Shown here in pieces: positions 1 to 11,485 of a DNA stretch of 64,000 nt; within the stretch, counting starts at the first letter, position 1, and each line of letters starts with the position of its first letter. This stretch comes from Lama guanicoe. Its lineage: Eukaryota. A program made the translations under genes and the position numbers. The notes beneath the pieces were generated by a model. It made no database searches. It had not been told where the DNA came from and saw only the letters and a list, made by a program, of their open reading frames with translations. Location of the stretch: contig MU053881.1 of the NCBI GenBank assembly GCA_013239625.1, positions 9,943,957-10,007,956 on the forward strand, in the 5' to 3' direction.

Positions 1-274
1 ATGAGAGAACAGGCGAAACACACGAGCAGTGCAAAGGGAACGCATACAAATGACCCAGTTACCAAACAACCAGAAAAGGGCGAGTAATATTTGCTGAGAA
101 TGAACGCCTCAAGATCTGTGGTCAAGTACTTGCTCAAAATGAGAGCTGGTCAGGTCAACATCTTGGCTGGTGACTTGATTACTGGGTAATTCAGATAATA
201 AATAGAAAATTCTGACTTGGAAAGGAAAGGCTGCCAAGGACTTAAAGGGCTGAAAAATGGTCCTACATTGATCG

Positions 275-455
275 GTTGATTCATCCATCTGCCTGCCCAT
301 TCATCCATCCACCAGCCAATCAGATATCCATTCATTTATTCAATTATTCATTTATCAAATATTATCTGAACATAGATAGGTTAAGCCTTGTTAAACCCTG
401 GATATCAAAAAATTTAGCAGTGATTTCCTTGTCTTCAAAGAGTTTACAGTCCAGT
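275..455 (-). mobile_element. L2 LINE 3' fragment
   Basis: Degenerate (CATT)n L2 tail followed by L2-like '...cttcaaagagtttacagtccagtg'. Confidence 0.55.
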
Positions 456-457
456 GC

Positions 458-677
458 ATAATTTTTCAACCTCAGGACTACTGACATTATGAGATGGATA
501 ATTCTCGGTTGTGGGAGGCTGTCTCATGCATTGTAGGATGTTTCAGCAGCATCCTTGACCTCTGCTCAGCTAGATTATGAAGCCCTCCTTTCTCCTTTCA
601 AGATGTAACAGCCAAAAATGTCTCCAAACACTGCTCAATGTCCCTCGGAGACACAAGATCCTGGTTGAGAATCACTG
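458..677 (-). mobile_element. MER20 (hAT-Charlie DNA transposon), near full length
   Basis: Reverse complement matches MER20: ends 'ttcaacctc...' and '...ggttgagaatcactg', internal 'cattgtaggatgtttcagcagcatcc' and 'aaaaatgtctccaaaca'. Confidence 0.85.
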
Positions 678-775
678 GTTTAGCAGAGGAGACAAATGTG
701 CTCCCAAATATTTGCAATACAGTGTAAACATTTTGATAGTTAGGAAACATTTTTAAAATGGTGATTAACACAATG

Positions 776-890
776 GAGAGAGAAAGAAAGTGACAATGAG
801 GGAGCAAGGGGGAAGGGGAAGAGGCTGACAGGAGGGAGGGAAGGAGGGAAAAGGAGACAGAGAGAGAGACAAGACAGACAGACAGACAAC
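776..890. repeat. Purine-rich low-complexity tract (GGGA/GA/GACA)
   Basis: ggagggagggaaggagggaaaaggagacagagagagagacaagacagacagacagac. Confidence 0.8.
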
Positions 891-1152
891 GCATGAACAC
901 GTCTGCCTGCAGGAATTTAGTAAGGGTACACAGAGGAGAATCCTGAGCTGGGTCTTAGAGAAAGAGGAGCCTTTATCATTTTTAGGAGAAGACAGCCCTG
1001 CAAATATGTGAAAATGCAAAGATTATACTCTCTATTCCAGGTTAACACATTTAGTTTCTTTACCCTCTGATTATAAGGGGCCTAACATGTTTGAATATTT
1101 TCTGGCACGTAACATAGCGTCACTGAATTATTTTCAGCTAGAAAGTGACAAC

Positions 1153-1680
1153 CATTCATTCATTCATTGACCAAACAGTTACTAAGCACTATGCCAATAC
1201 GGTGCTAGGTTTCTGAGTACATGAGATAAAATAGACAACAGGCCTGCACTGGAGGATGCGAAAGTCTAACGGAAAACAATTTAGCCAAACAACATTTTCC
1301 AAATCTTTAGAAACTGGCTTTCGTGCTAAACAGCATAAAATATTAGAGAGATACTACCTAATCCTTTCACAAACTTACCTGATGGCTAATTTTGCAGCTT
1401 GCAGTCTACAAATGAGGCAGGTTTGTACACAAATAGTTATGAAGTTCAGTATTAAGTGATTTAGTAGCAGCATGTGACAACTACCAGGGACCGCGAGGAA
1501 AAGGAGATGGCCTTTGTCGGGGGCTCTGTCTGGAAGGCTTTTCTACAGTCATGACATTTAAAGTGGCCTTAAAGACAAGAAGAAGTTCGTTGTTTGGGAA
1601 AGGGGGAATGAGTAGATGGGACAGCAAATGAGAAGACACACAAAAAAAGTTAGAATGCTCAGGAAATAGTGAGAATTCTT
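1153..1680 (-). mobile_element. L2 LINE fragments
   Basis: Starts with cattcattcattcatt...ttactaagcactatgcca...gtgctagg (reverse-complement L2 3' end) and continues in degenerate form. Confidence 0.55.
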
Positions 1681-1834
1681 CATTGACTTATGACCACAGA
1701 GACAGGGTTATCACAACAAGGCGGGGTTCTCACACTCTCTTACCAGGTGGGAGCAGGCAGCTCAGTTTAACAGACAGTAGTAGGTAAGTAACGACAGGTA
1801 AGTTGGTGCACTGGTGAAGTGAAAACCCCTCCCT

Positions 1835-1835
<1 letters not shown>

Positions 1836-1872
<37 letters not shown>
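1836..1872. repeat. (CA)n microsatellite, about 18 units
   Basis: Perfect CA run. Confidence 0.97.
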
Positions 1873-1874
<2 letters not shown>

Positions 1875-2198
1875 CCATGGATGAGGAAATGCCACTGGGG
1901 GTGCCCTTCTGTCAAATATGCTAGATGACCATGATGACTAGCCAGGTCTTCCCACACCAACTGGAGACCTCGATGTTTATAAGGTCAAGGCCCCTCGCAC
2001 GGCTCTAAGCACCTGTTTTGACATTTATTTTGACAAGCCCTTTGCTGACTCAGATGAGAAAGAAAAAAACAACAGCAGTCTGAGAGATGGAGATTCCGAT
2101 TCAATCCTCCTCAGCTACATTTTAATCCACATCGCAGAACATGCACCGCATAAAGGGCCGTTGAGATTAAGGAGGGTGCACGGCTCAGCTGAGCACAG

Positions 2199-2226
2199 CC
2201 AATGGCAGGGGGCGGGGGGCCACGTG
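2199..2226 (+). promoter_or_regulatory. CCAAT box, GC box and E-box cluster
   Basis: CCAAT 2199-2203, GGGGCGGGG 2209-2217 and CACGTG 2221-2226 lie within 28 bp in a CpG-enriched patch. Confidence 0.45.
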
Positions 2227-2266
2227 AAGACCTGCTGATACTCGCTATGCGACGGGCTTCAAGAGA

Positions 2267-2279
2267 ATGAATGACACTG
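2267..2279 (+). CDS. SLC44A5: Start-codon coding segment (M-N-D-T-, phase 1) of choline transporter-like protein 5
   Basis: ATG AAT GAC ACT G is followed by the donor GTATGT (2280-2285). It matches the recalled CTL5 N-terminus MNDTEKPAD... and the recalled human structure, where this exon ends after coding base 13 and is followed by a very large intron. The identification rests on only 4 codons plus exon architecture. Confidence 0.75.
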
Positions 2280-3459
2280 GTATGTCCGCCCAGGGCTGGG
2301 CACGGCTCGTTCACTTCTACCACGGTTGCCTGCCTCTTCGTGCACTGTCACCAGAACAATCAGATGCCACAACTTACCGACAGAAGGAACTAGTCCACAG
2401 GCACTCAGCACACCACACCACACGTCACACACACAAAGACAGACTTCCAGACTTTCAGAGCTTTCTGTTGAGCACATCCACAATCAGAAGCCCAGGTGGC
2501 TGGGCACTGCTGCTGGCATCACCCTTCGCCTTCCTGCTCCTCTCCACCCAAGCACCGGTGGATGCTCTCAGCTCCCCAGGGTTTTCAGACCCACTATCTT
2601 TGGAATCCGGTAAGTATTTGCCTGTTGAGAAAACTGAAGGACAAGAAAGCCAGCCGAGCTGGTCTTTTAAAATGCATAACTCAGTAGGCTGCGCGAGGGG
2701 AGAGAGGGGGCTGCCACTGAAGGCCAAGGATGCAAGGTTAGAGCCACCCTGGACTCTATTAAAGAAAACAACACAGCTCTGTGATGTGAAGAAACATCCG
2801 TGGGGTACAGATGGGACCAGCCCTTGCTCACCAGCCCGACGAAGAACTGCAGGAGGAGCACAATCTTATGTTTATTCATCACTGGCAGATGCTAATACAT
2901 TTCTGGATCGACATTTGGCAGAAATATGAATAAACACAGAGAATTCACAATCAGATATCAGAGCGAGAAAGCTGAATACTACTGATGGATTGATTATGTT
3001 TTGGAGCTATTTAGATAATTGGACATACTAAGTACAGAGCTTTCTGCAATGATAATGGACCTGTGCCGTTGTGGTCTATTTAACAAACACTTGGACTATT
3101 TTTTTTTTTTTGTAAAGCTTGTTTACATTCCTGTACATCCTGGCTTTATTGATATTCTGTCCTTTGAATTACAGTGTCACCCTAGCAACGCTCCAGAGAA
3201 AGTTGAGGAGGGCATTATCATTGTTCACCCACGTTTTTTTTTGTTTTGTTTTGTTTTCAAAGCCTAAGAAAGCAATCCCCTTCCAGGCTGAATCAGGAGC
3301 TGGTCTTTCTTATCTTTTTTCCCCAACACACACACCCCCATTTCGCCGCTGGTCAAAGATGGGAGTGGCGGGGAGAAGGATGTCTCTACCTCCTGTTTCT
3401 AAACAGAAGGGTCTTTCTGCGTACATTTTTGACTGCAGAGCACCCTGCCTGACAGGTTT

Positions 3460-3740
3460 TCCCCCAGATCTGTCCACGTTCTCACTCCTGTCAGCCAAGT
3501 CTCAGCTCCCAGGTTCCCTCTCAGAAAGTTACTCCTCTTATCTCAAGTCGGTCCTCAGTGAATATGCCTTATTTGAGTCTCTGCATAACACTTACTTACT
3601 GAATTATTATTTTGCTGTGTTCCTCTCCTGTGTTAATGAGGTAAACTCCTTGAGCACAGAGACCACAGCTACCTTCCACAACATTCTGCCCCTGCGGTCT
3701 AATACAACACCTGAGAAGTGGTTGGTATATAATTATGTGC
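3460..3740 (+). mobile_element. L2 LINE 3' fragment
   Basis: 'gtaaactccttgagcacagagacc...' resembles the L2 3' region. Confidence 0.5.
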
Positions 3741-5377
3741 CCACTTTGAAGACTGCAAACTCTTCAACAGAACTAGTCCTTTGCTGTGGAACATGCCATG
3801 TCCAAGTCGGGTCCAGACACCCAGTTCAATAGGTGATTTCTCTTCTCTTTGAAACATGGCGCCTGGAGCTTGAAGCAGTGGGCTTGTGTTGAGCCACATG
3901 ACTTGGACAGTTCATTTCTCTGGAGACATGCATGCCTGGCTCTGAATAGATTTTTATGGCACTCATTAAAAAATTCTATAGCTCTTCTAACTTTCTAAGA
4001 AGAGCTCCCCGCTGACCACTTGAGCCCATCCTCCCTGAGAAAGGAGCGTTGGCATTGGCGACCGAAGTTCTGAGAGCACGATATAACCCGCAGATTACGT
4101 TGTTTATCCCAGTTCTAACATTCCCACAGATTCATGTGTGCCAGTGCTTAACTCATTACACCACTCTCCTCAAAACATAATTCAGATAAAACATTTCTCC
4201 TCCTGAAACGGTGTCTAGGTACCCCATGAATTGTAGAGATACTGACACTGGTTTTGTATAAAGGATAAGTAAAATGCTGGACTGGGGATACAGAAATGGT
4301 ATTATTTACTTCAAAGTTATAGAGCTTGGTATTTCCGATCTTTACAGAAGTAAAGGATGCCTTTAATTATCAGGTAGTCCTAGGCAATTCTGTCTCCTGG
4401 GTACCAGTGTAACAACTGAATTCCAATTCTGGATGACTTCCCAATAATTCCTAAGCTGCTTTATGGACTTGATGATGACTCACAGTTTGTATTTTTGAGA
4501 CTGTAAAATGGTGAGATTATCCAGTCTTGATTTCTTGATTTATTTATAGTATTTCTTTGGCCTTGCATTTCACAAAACTTTTAGATGACTTCTCCTAAAA
4601 AGTAGAAGCACCATTAACCATTTCCTTCAACAGCAAGAGAGGGTGGCCTCTCTGAATCAGCTCCATTTTGAATCTTTGGTAACAGGCATTCCAGAATTCA
4701 GTTTATTGTGTTTGATCTCGCATACAAAAATAAAGTCGCGGGAGAAGGCAGAAAGCTTTACATGCTGTTTGAAGTTATCTGACAGATTCCCTGAGCATTT
4801 ATTTGCTTTGTTTTGTTTTCACATAATCAATTTATGAAAGTTGTCTGGGGTTTTGGAGTTGCAAGGTGGCACTCTTAATCCCTGGGCTCCTTAGAACTCA
4901 GACCCAGTGCCACAGCTCAGGTCAACCTCTGTTACGGTGTTAAGAGGTGAGCTTCAGAATCCTGATTTCTCTCTTTTGTTCTCAGCAGAAGAGAAAAGAA
5001 AGACTAAAATTCTCCCAGGTTATTAAAAAAACAAAAACAAAAACTTGGAGGCTGACCCTGCAGAAGTTAGGGAACTTGTCGGTCGCCTTGGTAATGAGAA
5101 ACGTTAGGCCAACTCCTCTTTAGGGTTGGCTCCATAATTTGAATATGGGGAGGGAGTGAAAGAAAAGTGATTGGAAGTTGGAGGAGGGGGTAGGTGGGAG
5201 CCACAAGGAGAGTCGGAGTTTGAAAATAGTGCCTGCCTAGAGAACAGGCTGATTTTATTTAGATTGTATGTTTATTTGAGGTAGTCTGTTAGAAGCTTAT
5301 CTGGGGTCTGAATTGCTGGACCCCATGGGAGGAAGTCTGTGCTGAAACACAGCGCACAGTCATGGTGCAAACACCGA

Positions 5378-5480
5378 TTTCTTCATGTGTGAAATGACAA
5401 TAATAAATACATCCATCTCCGAATATTGATGTGAGGATGAAATGATTTAATGTATGTAAAGTCTTAGTGCTTGGCACTGT
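5378..5480 (+). mobile_element. MIR SINE fragment
   Basis: MIR core-like 'ttcttcatgtgtgaaatg...gtgaggatgaaatgatttaatgtatgtaaagtcttagtgcttggcac'. Confidence 0.75.
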
Positions 5481-6486
5481 TAAGAATCATTATCTGATAT
5501 AAGCACTGTATTATTGAAGACCCATCTACAACCCACAGGCTAACATTTAGGATTACCACGGCTCGTGCTCAAGTAGGTTACCCCTCCTTCACGAGAGGAT
5601 TTATTTGATTATTATTTCACTCTATATGGGTAAATTGTCCATATTAAATAAAAATGAAATCCCCCCATAGAAATGATGGATTTAATAATTATTTTGTGTT
5701 CCCAGAGAAACAACAACAAAATCAACAAAGAAAAAAAAATCATAAGCCACACACCATAGACTCTCAAATGACAAAATCTGAGTTAAACTTTTAAGGAGTC
5801 AACCTGACTTATTTTATTCAATCAGCTTTTTTTTTTTTTCCTTCCTCTCTCTTTCCCCTAAACATCTGAACTTTACATTGGGTTTAAACAGGAATCAACA
5901 GAAGATGAATGAAATATTAGTTTCATCTTTTCACCATACTTTCTCATTTAACAGTATTTTCAGATAATCATTTCTAAAATTACATTTTTAAGGCAATTTT
6001 CCCACTTGTATTATGTTTTTGAAGTTCATTGTTCTTGGGAGGTGAAAGATTCCAAATGCTATAAAGCAAAATGTCACACTGCAAGTTGTAGGCAAGGGTA
6101 ATAAACTTGACTTTTCCTTGTAGTGCATTTCAATTAGGTGCTTTGGTACCTGGGGCATAAGGATTACTGCATTTCCTTTTGCAATGATCGGTACAACTGT
6201 TGAATCGTGTGCATATGAGTATCAACTAATGATACAAATAAACATATATAAAAGGGTGGTCTTCAAGAAAGCAAATTATATGGATGGATGATTTTTTTCA
6301 CTTAAGATTCTGGCAATCTTATGAAAAATCTAAAATATTTAATTTTCCCCAGGTAATTTCTCTTCATTCTCATTGTATAAATTCAATCTGCTTCATTCTG
6401 CTGCTCATGTAGGTCAGAAACAAGAAACCTATTGTGAAATGCTTGTCTTAGCAAAGTCATCAGCTGTCACCAAAAAACGATGCAAA

Positions 6487-7028
6487 TGCAGGGGAACAAA
6501 ACTTGCCCCCTGCCATAATGTGTCTTTTTGGCATCAGGATTCTGGGGGTTGATTGTTTTTCAGAAACAAAAGGTTCAGGAAGTGCTTATATGTCCTCCCC
6601 TTAACTGCCTAAAAGAATTTAGACAAAAGGCTTATTCCAGTAAAAAGAACTATCTCCATAAATCCCTAAAGTATAATGTGAACTGGGTGGGGTTGACCGG
6701 GGGAAACAGCAAGACCTGTCTGATGAAAGTCTTCTCTATCCCCCTGTCTCTGCTCAGTCCAGCAAACATTTGTTCACCAAACATTGGCTCTTCTGCCTGT
6801 CAACTGCTTCCTTCCCTTTGAAGTTGCAAACCCCTATCCCCTTCTCCTTCTCTCAGATGCCAGTTAAGCTTCAAGTGCCTAACTTGTTTTGGGGATCCAC
6901 AGTCTTATGGAATCCTCGTAAGTACTTAGTAACATTTGATTTTCTCCTCTTAATCTATCTCATGTCAATTTAATGCTTAGAGCAGCCAGAAGAACCTAGA
7001 AGGGCAAAGTGTTTTTTTTCTCCCCACA
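6487..7028 (+). mobile_element. Solo ERV1 LTR, MER34-like
   Basis: TG...CA termini (tgcagggg...ctccccaca), 4-bp flanks caaa/taaa (degenerate TSD), MER34-like 5' 'ttttggcatcaggatt' and 3' 'ttttctcctcttaatctatctcatgtcaatttaat...cagccagaagaaccta'. Confidence 0.75.
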
Positions 7029-8845
7029 TAAATAGTGGTTGATTAGTGATATTTACTTACTTAGTGACAATTTTGCTTTCAGACAAAAATATGCCTAATT
7101 GCCAAAGGGTAAAAATCAGGTCACAAGACAGAAAGAATCGGACTTGCAAGACTTCCTTCCCAGAGGAATGAACACTCAGTGATACTCCAGACAAAGAACA
7201 GGAATCCACTAACTGGTAAAACAAAGTTGCATAGAAACTAACTCATAAAGCACAAAAGTCAATGATCAAAGCAGCTTAGGTGAAATTTTTTTTTAAAGGA
7301 AGATTTCATTTTATGATTTGCATGGATTAATAATTAAAAAAAAATCTTTCCAAAAGATGAGGTATCTGATGTAATTTTGTATCTCAGGATTATAAGATAT
7401 GATACACAATGAAAATTCATTTAAAAATTTGCTTACATAAGGTGATTCACAATCATGTAATCCTTTGCAACCCATGTAATTACAATTTTGGAAATATGAA
7501 GCTTATGAGTCTCAAATATTAAAATTATAAAAGATTCAGGGACCTACTGTATATTGGTCTAACAAAGTATAGAAGAAAAACTCCTGAAGCTGCAGAAATT
7601 TTGGAAAATATACATGAGCAGACGAAAATATTAACTCAGTTCTCTCGCCCAGCCAAATGACAAAAGTCAACACTCTGCGCACACAGAGAGACCAATATTC
7701 CCCAGGACTTACTTGTGCCTTAAGATGTAGTGACATAAAAATGTTTATCAGATGCTCCAATTCTGCATCCACAGGTCAGAGAAGCTGACTCATAATAATT
7801 TAGGTGAGTTAGATTTATATAGCACTTTCTCAGTGTGTAGAGCATGCTTCATTTCTATACAATTTGATTGCACATTCATTTAAAACAACCTGAAAAAACT
7901 AACTGGCAATTAACTTTAGCAACACCATGTAAACGACTAAGAGAGATGAATCTGACCGATGTGCAATGACATGTCCAAAGCCACGAAACTAGCAAGAGTC
8001 AGAATTTCTCATGTTCAGGTTTTCATGTGGTTCTACTGTGCTAGAAATAGAAATATAGACAGATAGGCAAAGGTAGTTAAATAAGATGTAGAAAATGCTG
8101 ATTTGAGCTGTTCTTCCTTTTTCCGAGCTTCCATTTGGAATGTTGTTGCATTGATACACGCGGGCATTTTTTAAATGCTTGATTTTTATACTAAATTAAT
8201 TTCTTTTTTTGTAAAACTTTCAATGAATATTGTATGAACCTGAGGCGAAGATGCAGAATCAGTTTTAAGATTATTTTGCATAACACATTTGCACAATGTA
8301 AGTAATACTACCCAGAAGGGAAAAGAGCATTTGATAACATGGTGTGCTACCTTTCAGGACTTCAGCTCCGGCCTGTTCTTAGTGTCATGTACAACCAGGA
8401 AGGGCGTCTTTTAAAATTTAAATGTCTCGTACACATTAGCTGAGGGAGCGATGAATTCCATTTTGAAAAAAGTACAGTGGGTTCCAAATGCCACTTCTGA
8501 ACCATTCCTTAATTGCCTATCTAAGAAAAGACTCAATCAGAAAAAAAAAAGATAAATTTAAAATTGAATAGCTAGAGAATAGATATGTAGGTGATACTGA
8601 ATACCTTTTTAAAAATCTTTTAAAAATATAAATGTGCCTAATTGTATTAACCATGAATTTTTATGAAAAAAGAAAAAAAAGCTTATCAATTTTTGGCATC
8701 AAGAGAAAAAAAAATCTGCCTTGGGGCAGATTCCACCTTTCTTATGCAAAATAGGAGGCTGGAGAGTGTTTGTAGGAGGTAGGTTTTCCTGTCTGAGCCA
8801 GAGCATCACTAATTCTTTTCCTTTGCCTAAAGAATGAACGGTTGT

Positions 8846-8960
8846 GGGGGAGGGTACAGCTCAGTGGTAGAGCACATGCTTAGCATGCATGATGTCCTTG
8901 GGTACCTTCACCAATCAATAAATCTAACCCTCTCCCCCAGTACAAAACAAAATAAAATAA
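8846..8960 (+). mobile_element. tRNA-Ala-derived camelid SINE (Vic-1-like) with B-box deletion
   Basis: gggggagggtacagctcagtggtagagcacatgcttagcatgca...; A-rich tail; TSD aaagaatgaac(g/a)gt at 8829-8842 and 8961-8974. Confidence 0.85.
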
Positions 8961-9059
8961 AAAGAATGAACAGTCTTTACTTGGCTCCATTGTCATTACT
9001 GACAGAAGGAAAGGTCATCAGCCGAATACTGCGGGGCTCACAGTATTCCTCACAGCTGC

Positions 9060-9320
9060 CCAATTTTTTCTTCATAGAACTTACTTAACACAATTCCCAT
9101 GATGCTTTTGAAGTCCAAATCCCCACCCACTTCGTCCTCTCAGGTGGTTTATAAGCCTCAACATAAGCCTAGCCCGTCCTCAGGTCTCGTATTTTTATGG
9201 AGGCCCTGCTATGTAATTGTATTTCATTTTCTCCTGTTAATCTGTCTCATATCAATTTTGTTCTTAGATCAGCCAGAAGCACCTATAAAGGGTATGTGGA
9301 AATTTTTTCCTTCTCTATCA
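9060..9320 (+). mobile_element. MER34-like LTR, 3' part
   Basis: Visibly similar to 6810-7028 ('ttttctcctgttaatctgtctcatatcaattt...cagccagaagcaccta'); ends in CA. Confidence 0.65.
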
Positions 9321-10599
9321 TGGCCATTCTTCACATGCTATAGATAGACTCAAAATAATCTTTATGGATCCTTAAACAGAATGATTTTAAAGTCCCAATT
9401 CTCTTCCTGAAGAGTAAGGTTGATTTTTTTTTTTTTAAATCCTGGAGAGAGTAAATATTGGTCTGAACTCAACACCTGCTCCCTCAATCCAGAGCTGGTT
9501 TCAGAATTTTCCCCAGTATCATCAGCACAGCCAAGAAATAGTGTTTAAAGTCAGCTCATACCCCCTACAACACGGTCTAGGGGGATCTTTGCTTTTAATT
9601 CCTTATTCAGTGCATCCTACATCTTTGAGCCAAAACTCAGCCTGCAGTCAACTGTGCACAAAGGAGACCTCAAAGGGGGATTATTTCATTGTATGCACTT
9701 TCTCAATTACTACCCTCCCCACACAGCCAGGGCTACAGTTTTCTAAAATGAAAATGGCAACAACTTTATCTCCCACGACTTAGAAACGTGTGCAACCATC
9801 ACGCTGGACTGTACAAACTCTCTGATTCAGGTTGGAACTCTCATTCTTTACCACAGGTGGTTTAGCCTCACACTCAGTAAGATTGTCAAAGGCAAGTATT
9901 ATTCTTCTGGGGGGAAAATAACAAACCAAAAAAATTTCTTTTCCACCTTCACGTATCTCCACCCAGTGCCCCCTCTGGGCAAAGTGACCTTGAAGCTGGA
10001 AAGGTATCTGGAACAATATCCAAGCCTGAGGTTTGGAAGTTTGGTATATACACTTGAACATCATTATTTAGTATTCTTAATAGCCCTAGGTATTGGATTC
10101 CTACTGTGCGCCACTGGTAATCTATAGGGAAGAGCCCTTTTAATTTAATCCTGTTAAAATAAGCCTAAAAGACAACATTACAAAGATGGAAGAAGGTAAG
10201 TAAATTTCTAGAGCAAAACAGATGGAAAACTCCAGTACTGACACAGTGGGGATTAGAACCCATGTCTAAGTTATTCCAAAGCTGGTATCTCTCCTTACTT
10301 CACACCAATGCCTCACCCACAGTGCAATTATGTATACAAACGCACCTCCCCCTGCCCCCTCACCTCCCAGCACCATAAATGGTTTAATAAGCATGGCTAA
10401 CTATCACTGCTACTTAATTCCTAAAAGCCAGGATTCTAAAAACTGTGTTTCACTTTGTGAATCCTTCGGATCAGGGAAAGAAAGTTGTCAGGAAAACTGG
10501 AAGGAACTATGAGGAAATATGGGTGCTAAATGCCTGCAGATGGGAGCCAGGAAGGTAGCAGAGCACGGACAGGCCATGATACAACAGTCACTCACTAGC

Positions 10600-11485
10600 A
10601 TTTTCCTGAGCACGTGCTATGTGTGTGACACCAATAAAAATGCTTCTTGTGTATTATTTCAATTAATTTGTAATACGGATCTATGAGAGGTCAACTCACC
10701 TATTCACTCATTCCTTAACTGAACAAGTATTTACTGGGTGACTACTATGTTCCAGGCACTCCTCTCATTGCTGGCAAAACAGAAGTGAACAAGACAGAGA
10801 GGGTTCTTGCTTTCCTTCCACTCGGGAGAGACGGGAAATAAACAAGTAGACAAGTCAGTAAACCAGATTATTTAAGATAGTGATATATGCTCTGGGAGAA
10901 AATAAAGATGGTGTGCCAGACTGTCAACGTGAGGGAACTGTTTAGATGGATGGTCTGAGAAAGGTGTGGTGATATCTGAGCTAAAGTTTGCACGTTATAA
11001 GGAGCCAACCACAGGAAGAAGAGAGAAGAGGGTTTCTGGCACGATGCCCTAAGGGAAGAATAAATTTAAGCCGGGTCAGGGAGGCGACCAGCAACAAATC
11101 ACTCTACAGCCTTATAGATCTGGATAGGGGTTTAGTTTATTCTGAGTAAACAGGAGATCATGAGAGAGTCCTGTGCAGGTGAGTGACATTATCTGATTTA
11201 CCATTTCCAAAAATCATTCCCGCTGTTCAATAGTTCCCCGTGCAGGGGGAAAAAGGCTGTAAAAATGAGAACGAAGAAGAAGAGGAAGCCCAAAAGGATG
11301 GATTTCCATAAGATGATGATGACTTGTTTTAGGACAGTACCTTAAAAGTAAATCCTTCTGTTTGTCTTACTTATAAAAGAGAAAAGAGACTTTAGAGGGA
11401 TTTACCCGAAGTCCCCAGCTAGGGGTTGGGGGACTCTGCTCGGAGCCTCGTCAGTCTGACCCCGGGTTCTTAGGCACTGTACTGC
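10600..11485 (-). mobile_element. MIR (about 10600-10690 and 11370-11485) split by an L2 fragment (about 10700-11240)
   Basis: L2 tail 'aacaagtatttactgggtgactactatgttccaggcact' lies between two halves of a reverse MIR. Confidence 0.6.

Larger units (their letters stand above)
2199..2279 (+). other. SLC44A5: Probable exon (5'UTR plus first 13 coding nt) of SLC44A5
   Basis: Candidate acceptor CAG at 2196-2198 lies 68 nt upstream of the ATG, but its polypyrimidine tract is weak. Donor at 2280. The region is locally GC/CpG-enriched. The 5' end could instead be a transcription start site. Confidence 0.55.

Noticed and set aside
2199..2224. ER-stress element (ERSE, CCAAT-N9-CCACG)
   Set aside because: Both words are present but the spacer is 16 nt, not 9.
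3119..3832. 237-aa ORF on the + strand
   Set aside because: Non-ATG start, low-complexity T-rich beginning, overlap with an L2 remnant, and no recognisable protein family or splice context.
4960..5096. Cryptic exon after a strong acceptor (ttctctcttttgttctcAGcAG) with donor GTAATG at 5091
   Set aside because: It contains an in-frame TAA in the required phase and does not encode the expected CTL5 sequence. At most a poison exon, with no supporting evidence.
8846..8910. tRNA-Ala gene
   Set aside because: B-box/T-arm deleted, followed by a SINE body, A-rich tail and TSD, so it is a SINE. The 60720 copy is likewise a SINE.
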